DNA from: a virus
Taxonomy: Duplodnaviria > Heunggongvirae > Uroviricota > Caudoviricetes
Length of the DNA: 18,727 nt
Strand: one strand, 5' to 3'
Virus record (IMG/VR): IMGVR_UViG_2802429219_000002
Under the pieces are notes generated by a model. That model was given only the letters and a program-made list of their open reading frames with translations. It had not been told where the DNA came from and ran no database searches. A program made the position numbers and the translations under genes. Shown here piece by piece: positions 7,594 through 14,538 of this stretch (its first letter is position 1; each line of letters starts with the position of its first letter).

Positions 7594-8689
7594 ACGGCTG
7601 CGTGATGAATCAATTGCTCATGCAGTCTGGATATCCCGCTATAGCACTGGTGTGGCTGCCAGAATGGTGAAAATACTGAATGACAGCGATGCGGAGCTTA
7701 CAGCTCGCCTGCTGGTAGCACTGGACAGCCTCGATCCTGGTAGTTTTACCGTTACGCGCCTGGAGTCACTTCTGGCGAGTGTCAGAGAGGTTAACCGCGC
7801 TGCTATTAACAGCATGTTTACCAGTCTCTCCGGAGAGCTGAACGAGCTGGCAATTTATGAGGCTGGTTATCAGTTAAGTCTGTTTGATTCTCTGCTACCT
7901 GATTTTGTTGCTGATGTTCACCCTCTGGTTGGTATATCTTCTGATGCACTTTACGCCGCTGCAATGGCGCGACCATTCCAGGGACGACTGCTCAGTGAGT
8001 GGGCCTTGGATCTTGAGGCGGATCGGCTCAGACGCATAACAAATACGGTGCGTCAGGGTTTTTTGCTGGGGGATACCAATGAGCAGATCGCAAGAAAAAT
8101 TCGGGGACATGTCAGCAAGGGATTTCAGGATGGTGCATTGCAGATGAGCCGGGCTAATGCGGCCAGCATTGCAAAAACAGCGGTTGGACATCTTGCTGCT
8201 ACTGCCCGTGAGAGTTTTGCCAGCGCGAATAATGATTTGATTAAGGGTAAGCAATGGTTATCAACGCTTGATAATCGTACTACGCCACAATGTCGAATCA
8301 GGGATCGCCTCAAATATACGCTGGATAATAAACCTGTAGGTCACAGTGTGCCTTATTTGCATGGGCCGGGAAAAATTCATTTCTGCTGCCGCTCAACGGA
8401 AACGTTCATTCTGAAATCAGCGAAGGAACTGGGTATTGATGTTCGTGATATTTCCCCGGCTGAGCGGGCCAGCATGGATGGCGTGGTGGCCGGAGATACA
8501 ACCTACAGGGAATGGTTTTTGCGTCAGCCTTACACCAGACAAAAACAGATTGTGGGGGAAACCCGGGCAAAGCTGATTCGGGATGGCGGTATGTCGCCAG
8601 ATGAATTTTACACCGATAAAGGCGAATGGCTGACGCTGAAGCAACTCCGTGAGCGTGATGCACAGGTATTCAGAAAAGCAGGGATTTAA
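7574..8689 (+). CDS. Head morphogenesis protein (phage Mu F-like / SPP1 gp7-like minor head protein)
   Basis: 371 aa, overlaps the portal 3' end by 20 nt. Central region KGKQWLSTLDNRTTPQCRIRDRLKYTLDNKPVGHSVPYLHGPGKIHFCCRSTE resembles the Mu-F family core (recalled). Confidence 0.75.
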   Translation: MMQTVNERLRDESIAHAVWISRYSTGVAARMVKILNDSDAELTARLLVALDSLDPGSFTVTRLESLLASVREVNRAAINSMFTSLSGELNELAIYEAGYQLSLFDSLLPDFVADVHPLVGISSDALYAAAMARPFQGRLLSEWALDLEADRLRRITNTVRQGFLLGDTNEQIARKIRGHVSKGFQDGALQMSRANAASIAKTAVGHLAATARESFASANNDLIKGKQWLSTLDNRTTPQCRIRDRLKYTLDNKPVGHSVPYLHGPGKIHFCCRSTETFILKSAKELGIDVRDISPAERASMDGVVAGDTTYREWFLRQPYTRQKQIVGETRAKLIRDGGMSPDEFYTDKGEWLTLKQLRERDAQVFRKAGI

Positions 8690-8709
8690 ATAAATCATTT
8701 ATTACAACA

Positions 8710-8733
8710 GGCTACCTTCGGGTGGCCTTTTTT
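8710..8733 (+). terminator. Rho-independent terminator-like hairpin downstream of the head morphogenesis gene
   Basis: GGCTACC (8710-8716), loop TTCG, GGTGGCC (8721-8727; one G-U pair), followed by TTTTTT (8728-8733). Confidence 0.6.
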
Positions 8734-8793
8734 ATTGCTGCGATCCGGATGGTGAGCAGCGTAACTGTCGGAAGACTTAAACCAGGTACTAAT

Positions 8794-9558
8794 ATGAAAC
8801 TGAAAGCGGTCGAGATTAACGGAAAACAATACGCAGAAATTGATACTGCTGGCCTGCCAGTTTATGTGCACGACGATGGTAAAGAAATCGGCTTCGATGC
8901 ACCGCTGGCGATAAAAAAAATTACAGAGCTTAATGGCGAGGCAAAAAATCATCGCCTGGCTAAAGAAGCTGCAGAGGAAAAACTGGCTAAGTTTGCCGCT
9001 ATCGAAGACCCGAAGAAGGCGATCGAGGCACTGGAAATGCTGTCAAAAATCGACCAGAAAAAGCTGATCGATGCGGGACAGGTTGACCAGGTTAAGGCAG
9101 AAATTACGAAAAATTTTCAGCAGCAATTAGATGAAGAAAAGCAACGCTCTCAGATGCTGGAGACGCAGCTTTACGATTCTATGATTGGCGGTAGTTTTGC
9201 GGGTTCAAAATATATTGCCGATAAAATTGCGATCCCGGCAGATTTATTACAAGCCCGCTTCGGGCAGGCATTCAAAGTGGAAGAAGGGAAGATCGTTGCT
9301 TATGACGCTTCCGGCAACAAAATTTATTCCCGCGCGAAGCCTGGCGAACTGGCGCAGTTTGATGAGGCGCTGGAGTTCCTCGTCGAAAATTACCCTCAGA
9401 AAGACTACATCCTGAAAGCCAGTGGCAACAATGGCGGCGGCTCCCGTCCGACACAGCATGATATTGGTCAGAAAACGATGAAACGCTCTGCTTTTGATGC
9501 ACTGGATGTTGCAGGTAAGCAAAACGCATTGAAAGACGGTATCACAATTGTTGATTAA
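8794..9558 (+). CDS. Scaffolding protein (putative)
   Basis: 254-aa charged, helix-rich protein (EAAEEKLAKFAAIEDPKKAIEALEMLSKIDQKKLIDAGQVDQVKAEI...) immediately upstream of the major capsid gene. Start ATG 8794 chosen because the track's ATG 8722 lies inside the terminator hairpin. Confidence 0.6.
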   Translation: MKLKAVEINGKQYAEIDTAGLPVYVHDDGKEIGFDAPLAIKKITELNGEAKNHRLAKEAAEEKLAKFAAIEDPKKAIEALEMLSKIDQKKLIDAGQVDQVKAEITKNFQQQLDEEKQRSQMLETQLYDSMIGGSFAGSKYIADKIAIPADLLQARFGQAFKVEEGKIVAYDASGNKIYSRAKPGELAQFDEALEFLVENYPQKDYILKASGNNGGGSRPTQHDIGQKTMKRSAFDALDVAGKQNALKDGITIVD

Positions 9559-9656
9559 CACATTTGTCAGCTTCCGGATGGGAGCTGGTGTCAGGGCTGG
9601 ATAGCTCATTACTCCATCTATTCACAATTACGCAAATTTTTAAGGAATATTTAATT

Positions 9657-10655
9657 ATGGCTGGAAATACCCTGACCGGGTTGATCCCGACTATTTATAC
9701 CGCCCTGGATATTGTATCCCGTGAGCAGGTAGGTTTTATCCCTGCGGTAGCAAAAAACGCAAAAGCTGACGCCGCAGCAAAAGATCAGACGGTAACCGCG
9801 CCAGTTGCGCCTGAGGCGAAAACCGAAGATATCGTACCGGGGCCGTCAGCTCCGAATACCGGTGATCAAAATATTGGCACTGTTGATGTGAAAATTACTA
9901 AATCCAAAATGGCACCGGTTAAATGGAATGGTGAAGAACAACTGGCTCTTGGCCCTTCAGGGACTTACAACACCATTCTGGCTGATCAGTTCAAGCAGGC
10001 TTTTCGCGCCCTTGCAAACGAGGTTGAGGCTGATCTTGGTGCGTTGTATTTCGGTGCTTCCCGCGCCGTGGGAACCGCAGGGACAACGCCGTTTGGTGTT
10101 AAAGATGATCTTTCTGATGCTGCTCTGGCTCGTCAGGTTCTGGAGGATAACGGCGCACCGACAACCGATCTGCAGATGGTGCTTGGCTCCACTGCCATTG
10201 CTAATTTGCGCGGAAAACAGTCTGTACTGTTTAAAGTGAATGAATCCGGCACTGAACAGCTACTGCGTGAGGGCGTGTTGGGGCGTCTGGAGGGATTCAA
10301 TATTCACAGTTCGGCAGGTGTAAAACGAGCGCCAAAGGTTGCTGCAACTGGTTATCTCGTGAATGGCGAGAAAAAAGAAGGCGATGTTCTTATTTCCATT
10401 GATACTGGTTCGGGGAGTATTTCTGCAGGTCAGATTGTTACGTTCGCTGGCGATCCGAATCAGTATGTTGTGGCAGCAGCGACCAGCAATCTGATTACTC
10501 TTGCAGCGCCCGGACTGCGTCAGGATCTGGCCGATGATACTGCAATCACAGTTGTTGGCTCCTTTACTGCAAATATGGCGTTTGATCGCAACGCGTTTCG
10601 CTGGCATCCCGTACTCCGGCAATGCCGGAAGGTGGCGATAATGCTGATGATGTAA
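9657..10655 (+). CDS. Major capsid protein; the 3' end appears frameshifted (likely intact reading would end at 10731)
   Basis: SD TAAGGAA 9641-9647 then ATG 9657 (the track's upstream start at 9564 has no RBS). Large protein directly after the scaffold gene. After ...TANMAFDRNAF the frame gives an atypical tail RWHPVLRQCRKVAIMLMM*, while the -1 frame continues protein-like to TAA 10729-10731. Confidence 0.7.
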   Translation: MAGNTLTGLIPTIYTALDIVSREQVGFIPAVAKNAKADAAAKDQTVTAPVAPEAKTEDIVPGPSAPNTGDQNIGTVDVKITKSKMAPVKWNGEEQLALGPSGTYNTILADQFKQAFRALANEVEADLGALYFGASRAVGTAGTTPFGVKDDLSDAALARQVLEDNGAPTTDLQMVLGSTAIANLRGKQSVLFKVNESGTEQLLREGVLGRLEGFNIHSSAGVKRAPKVAATGYLVNGEKKEGDVLISIDTGSGSISAGQIVTFAGDPNQYVVAAATSNLITLAAPGLRQDLADDTAITVVGSFTANMAFDRNAFRWHPVLRQCRKVAIMLMM

Positions 10656-10805
10656 TGAATGTTACGGACCCGATTTCAGGGATTACGTTCCAGATTGCAC
10701 TGTATCGTCAGTATCGCCAGGTGCGCTATTAAGTTGGACTGGCATGGGGTGTTTCATCAGTGAAGCCGGCACATGGTTGTCTGATTCTTGGTTAAACATT
10801 CAAAC

Positions 10806-10825
10806 GGGGCTTCGGCCCCATTTTT
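10806..10825 (+). terminator. Rho-independent terminator downstream of the capsid gene
   Basis: GGGGC (10806-10810), loop TTCG, GCCCC (10815-10819), then A and TTTTT (10821-10825). Confidence 0.65.
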
Positions 10826-10837
10826 AATGGAGGGCAT

Positions 10838-11014
10838 ATGGCCGGATTAACTAAAGAGCAAAGAGCACAGCGTGAAGCCGCACAAAAAACGCAAATTGAG
10901 TTAGTGGTTATGGTGACCGATTATCAGATGTTTCCCGGCGCACCAACTATCGCTAATGTTCATCCTGATGAAGTTGACAACTGGAAGGCTATGGGCTGGA
11001 AAACTCAGGAGTAA
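10838..11014 (+). CDS. Small hypothetical protein (58 aa), not present in the supplied ORF track
   Basis: SD GGAGGG 10829-10834 then ATG 10838; translation MAGLTKEQRAQREAAQKTQIELVVMVTDYQMFPGAPTIANVHPDEVDNWKAMGWKTQE, stop TAA 11012-11014 lying 3 nt before the next gene's ATG 11018. Confidence 0.5.
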   Translation: MAGLTKEQRAQREAAQKTQIELVVMVTDYQMFPGAPTIANVHPDEVDNWKAMGWKTQE

Positions 11015-11017
11015 CAC

Positions 11018-11413
11018 ATGATCACTTACGTGACCTGTGATGACGTTGATAATGCGTTTGGGAACGCCTGGACGAGTGAGAACGCTAAAAATAAAGCTGT
11101 TTTAATGGCTAATGCCTGGCTTAATGGCTTCAACCTGAAAATTAACCCATCCCGTATTCCGGAAGAGGTAAAACTTGCGGGAGCATATGCAGCCAGAATT
11201 GCCTCATTCGGTAAGTTGTTTCAGCAGAAAAATGATTCTGGCGTTGTTATCAGTAAAGCCGTGTCGGCTGACGGGGTCAGTGTATCGAAATCATTTGCTG
11301 AGTTGCCAGCAAACAGCACTGTATTGCTTGAACCCGATTTACAGCTTGCGATAGCACTGCTGAAACCGTACGGACTTAGTCGCTCACAAGTCAGGGTTGT
11401 GAGGGGGGGATAA
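11018..11413 (+). CDS. Head-tail connector / adaptor protein (gp6-like)
   Basis: 131 aa; N-terminus MITYVTCDDVDNAFG is typical of the gp6-like head-tail connector family (recalled); located just after the capsid gene. Confidence 0.7.
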   Translation: MITYVTCDDVDNAFGNAWTSENAKNKAVLMANAWLNGFNLKINPSRIPEEVKLAGAYAARIASFGKLFQQKNDSGVVISKAVSADGVSVSKSFAELPANSTVLLEPDLQLAIALLKPYGLSRSQVRVVRGG

Positions 11414-11796
11414 TGGGGCTTCGTGAAGAGATTCAGTCAGAGGTTGCCGCTGCTTTTGATGAGGATTTAGCGGACGCCGTGAGTGATTTTTCTGGTTCTT
11501 ACGTTACGCACCGGCACTGGGATCCTGTGACGGAAACTGGCGGCGAATCCACCGCAATCTATACCGGGCGAGGCGTGTTGACACGTTATAAGCTGGGCAG
11601 AATTGATGGGATTAATATTTTGCATGGTGACCTTAAATTAACCGCTCTGGTATGCGAGGTTACGGATAAACCCGCTGTCGACCATATTATTGAGATTTAT
11701 GATCCTGTATTAAGGCAGTTACAACGATACGAGGTAATTACAGCGAGTGTAGATCCTTCCGCATCAGTTTACTCTATCCAGTTAAGGAGAGCGTAA
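11413..11796 (+). CDS. Head-tail joining (head closure-like) protein
   Basis: 127-aa ORF whose ATG shares one base with the upstream stop (TAATG); assignment is by position in the connector cluster. Confidence 0.55.
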   Translation: MGLREEIQSEVAAAFDEDLADAVSDFSGSYVTHRHWDPVTETGGESTAIYTGRGVLTRYKLGRIDGINILHGDLKLTALVCEVTDKPAVDHIIEIYDPVLRQLQRYEVITASVDPSASVYSIQLRRA

Positions 11797-12177
11797 ATGG
11801 CAAAGGCATGGGATATAGAACCGTCAATATTTGCCGGGATGATTGAGGAAGATGTGGGGCTGAAAATTCGCTACATCGCTATGCAGATTCTTACTGCTAT
11901 TGATATTGCTGCTCCGGTTGATACCGGACGTTTCAGAAATAACAACCTGGTGTCGTTACAGCATCCCGATTTTGGTATATCTGATAACGTGGATCCGAAC
12001 GGTACGATTGCGGTTCAGCGTGGGATCGGGGTTATTTCGAAAGCTGCAAATTACGGAGTTATTTATATCCAGAATAACCTTCCTTATGCAGAGGCTCTTG
12101 AAAACGGTCATTCACAACAAGCGCCAACTGGCGTGTATGCCAACGCTTTTCATGGTGTTTTACAGGCTTACAAATGA
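11797..12177 (+). CDS. HK97 gp10-like neck / tail completion protein
   Basis: 126 aa with a PVDTGRFRNN motif characteristic of the HK97 gp10 family (recalled); ATG follows the upstream TAA directly. Confidence 0.65.
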   Translation: MAKAWDIEPSIFAGMIEEDVGLKIRYIAMQILTAIDIAAPVDTGRFRNNNLVSLQHPDFGISDNVDPNGTIAVQRGIGVISKAANYGVIYIQNNLPYAEALENGHSQQAPTGVYANAFHGVLQAYK

Positions 12178-12566
12178 CGTTTACTGAAATCAGAAATACG
12201 GTTATTTCCAGAATGACGGCACAGACGATTATTGATGGAAAAGACGTATTGTATCCGAACGCGCCAACGTTCGATCCTTCCGGTAAGTTAATCTGGGCGC
12301 GGTTAAGTAATATTCCCGGGCAGGCTGGAGTTAATGAAATTGGCGCGGGGCCGATTGTTTATCGCACGGGGATAATCATTATTCAGTTATTTGTCCCCGC
12401 AGGTTCTGGTTCAAAACTCATTACTGAGACAGCCGATAAATTGCGGGAACTGTTTGAGTTTCAGGATGACGATCGTCTCAGTTACCAGGCTGTTTCCTCA
12501 ATAGCCGTTGGCGAAAAGAATGGCTGGTTCCAGCTTAATCTTCAAATTCCATATCGCGCGCTCTAG
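12174..12566 (+). CDS. Tail terminator-like protein (gpU analogue)
   Basis: 130-aa ORF overlapping the previous gene by ATGA, immediately upstream of the major tail gene. Confidence 0.55.
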   Translation: MTFTEIRNTVISRMTAQTIIDGKDVLYPNAPTFDPSGKLIWARLSNIPGQAGVNEIGAGPIVYRTGIIIIQLFVPAGSGSKLITETADKLRELFEFQDDDRLSYQAVSSIAVGEKNGWFQLNLQIPYRAL

Positions 12567-12592
12567 CGCAATTAATGACATAGGAGGCTCCT

Positions 12593-13555
12593 GTGAGTTC
12601 AGGTGCAAAGGTTATCTCGGCATTTATCCGGGAGACGGTTGCAGGCACTACGCCAGCAAGTGGTGACTGGAGTTTATTAAAACGCACAAGCTGGGGAGTA
12701 AAACCCACCCAGAATAAAGGCGAAAATAATGAGATTGGTGGCTCCCGGATGGCTCAGGGGGCGACGCCTGGCACTGTGGATGTCGGCGGTGATGTTGGTA
12801 CCAAATTTCGCTGGGGTCAACATGATGATTTTCTTGCATCCTGTTTCGGCGCGGAATGGTCAGGCGATTCTCTGACAATGGGGAATGAGCGAATAACATT
12901 TTCTCTAGCGACCTATGCGTCCGATGTCGGAATTGCCTCTGTCGTCAGAGGAGCGCAGGTTGGCTCATGGAAAATGCAGATCCCTAACGACGGCGATATT
13001 ACAGCGACCGTAACCTTTGCCGGACTGGACTGGGAATCAAAGGCCGATGATACGAATTTTATCAAAGGCGAACCTGTGGATAGTGCAGGAAAGCTACGTT
13101 ATTCGTTTAAGGAGGTTTCAGCAGTAAGCCTGAATGGTGTTGCCGGAGGTAACGGTTTTTGTATCGACAGTTTTGATATTCAGTTCGATAACAAACTCCA
13201 GACACAGCGTTGTATCGGGACTGGCTCGCCTTATGCAGGAGCAAATATTCCGACTACTTTTACACCGTCCGGTACGGTGACGCTTTCATGGTCTAAAGCC
13301 GCGTGGGAAATCTGGAGTAAAACACTGACTGGAGAAACAGTTCCGTTCAGCTTTACGCTTTCGAATGGAGAGGGGGCATACACTTTCAGTTTCCCGAAGG
13401 TTCAGGTGTCAGGTGAATGGCCTGATGGGGGTAATAGCGACATTATCCAGGTTCAATTGAGCATTACCGCAGCAGATGAAGCACCTACGATAACCAGAAA
13501 AAAAAATTCCCCGGCTGCCGTGATCGCAAAAGCCAGTGCTGAGGCGATTAGTTGA
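12593..13555 (+). CDS. Major tail (tube) protein
   Basis: GTG start 12593 preceded by AGGAGG 12582-12587; 320 aa, Gly/Ser/Thr-rich beta-type composition; lies between the tail terminator and the G/GT chaperone genes, as in lambda (V). Confidence 0.7.
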   Translation: MSSGAKVISAFIRETVAGTTPASGDWSLLKRTSWGVKPTQNKGENNEIGGSRMAQGATPGTVDVGGDVGTKFRWGQHDDFLASCFGAEWSGDSLTMGNERITFSLATYASDVGIASVVRGAQVGSWKMQIPNDGDITATVTFAGLDWESKADDTNFIKGEPVDSAGKLRYSFKEVSAVSLNGVAGGNGFCIDSFDIQFDNKLQTQRCIGTGSPYAGANIPTTFTPSGTVTLSWSKAAWEIWSKTLTGETVPFSFTLSNGEGAYTFSFPKVQVSGEWPDGGNSDIIQVQLSITAADEAPTITRKKNSPAAVIAKASAEAIS

Positions 13556-13603
13556 TTTTCCGTTATTCCTCCTGTGGTACTGCCCTACAGGGGGACGCAT
13601 TGA

Positions 13604-14065
13604 ATGAGGTTATGGATGTTTATTCTTAATCAGAAAATTATCATTGGTGGAGAACGCTGGTTTACGCCAATGAAGGACTTAAAACCTGTAGACGGGTTAA
13701 AACTGTTGGTGGCAAGCAGCGATAACGATCAGTATCGCTCCCGTAATGCATTAATCCGTCGCCACATTGAGAAAATGGATGCCAGTTTGCACGTCGGAAC
13801 GAAGGAGTTTGATATTTCAAAGGTTTCCGAGGTGGATTCTGTTGATGATTTACTCATTGATAATGCCGCTCGTTATCTGCTGAAAGACTGGAAAGGGGTT
13901 GGTGAACTGGTTAATGGTGTTGAGGTTGCACTGGAATATACGGCAGAACGAGGGATCGCGCTGCTTAAGCAGAATCCAGAGTTGTACTGGCAGATCCTTG
14001 CAGAAGCAGCCAGCATCGCCCAGGGTAAAGAGCAGCAGAAGCAGGATACGATAAAAAAGCCATAG
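13604..14065 (+). CDS. Tail assembly chaperone (lambda gpG analogue)
   Basis: SD AGGGGGA 13589-13595 then ATG 13604; 153 aa, acidic, ending ...EQQKQDTIKKP*. The slippery heptamer A_AAA_AAG sits 4 nt before the stop. Confidence 0.75.
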   Translation: MRLWMFILNQKIIIGGERWFTPMKDLKPVDGLKLLVASSDNDQYRSRNALIRRHIEKMDASLHVGTKEFDISKVSEVDSVDDLLIDNAARYLLKDWKGVGELVNGVEVALEYTAERGIALLKQNPELYWQILAEAASIAQGKEQQKQDTIKKP

Positions 14066-14373
14066 CTGCCCAGCGGTGGTTATCGGAGTTCGGGGGAGAA
14101 AGGGGGGAAAAGGCAAGATGGAAGCGAGAAAAACTCAGGTTGCCACCGATACCGGAACCAGAAATAGACCCGGTGCTTAAGGAGTTGTTGTACGCCTATT
14201 CGGTAATATCCCGTGCCCGACGTTATGCTGGAATGGCTGGGGTGCCTTTGCCTTTATCTCTGACAGAGATAAATGAATATTTAGCCACTCATCCGGTATT
14301 GATTGAGCGCGATGAATTTGAAGCAGTGATCTTTGCACTGGATGACCAGTATTTTCAGGAGCAGTGTGTGTAG
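13604..14373 (+). CDS. Tail assembly chaperone GT fusion made by programmed -1 ribosomal frameshift (join 13604..14059 and 14059..14373)
   Basis: The -1 frame is open from the slippery site through 14373 (107 codons), reading KKAIAAQRWLSEFGGERGEKARWKREKLRLPPIPEPEIDPVLKELL...; the track shows this ORF only from an internal TTG at 14140. Confidence 0.65.
14053..14059 (+). promoter_or_regulatory. Slippery heptamer A_AAA_AAG for the G/GT -1 frameshift
   Basis: Zero-frame codons ATA AAA AAG (I K K) at 14051-14059; X_XXY_YYZ pattern with an open -1 frame downstream. Confidence 0.65.
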
Positions 14374-14493
14374 TTGTTAATTACGTACACTCTGTTACAG
14401 AGATGTGATGGTGTCTTTAATTAAATCGATGATGCTCCTGGAGAAAAGCATTGCGTGGCCTCGTAATCGCTATATCTACTATTATGTCGCCTG

Positions 14494-14518
14494 AAACCCA
14501 CTTCGCGGTGGGTTTTTT
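14494..14518 (+). terminator. Rho-independent terminator-like hairpin in the T-to-tape-measure intergenic region
   Basis: AAACCCAC (14494-14501), loop TTCGCG, GTGGGTTT (14508-14515), T-run to 14518; followed by SD AGGAG 14525-14529 and the tape measure ATG 14539. Confidence 0.55.
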
Positions 14519-14538
14519 GTTGTCAGGAGTTTTAATAA

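Noticed and set aside
8722-8793. Upstream ATG start (8722) for the scaffold gene given by the ORF track
   Set aside because: That ATG lies inside the terminator hairpin and adds an atypical hydrophobic leader (MAFFIAAIRMVSS); ATG 8794 is preferred.
9564-9656. Upstream start (9564) for the capsid gene given by the ORF track
   Set aside because: No RBS; the ATG at 9657 is preceded by TAAGGAA at good spacing and begins MAGNTLTGL..., typical of a capsid N-terminus.
13498-13506. A9 homopolymer near the 3' end of the major tail gene, considered as a slippage or phase-variation site
   Set aside because: Both shifted frames stop within 6-13 codons, so no alternative C-terminal domain would be produced; probably just Lys codons (RKKN).
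14408-14493. 28-codon mini-ORF in the T to tape-measure spacer
   Set aside because: No recognisable Shine-Dalgarno and too short to assess; retained only as a possibility within the spacer finding.
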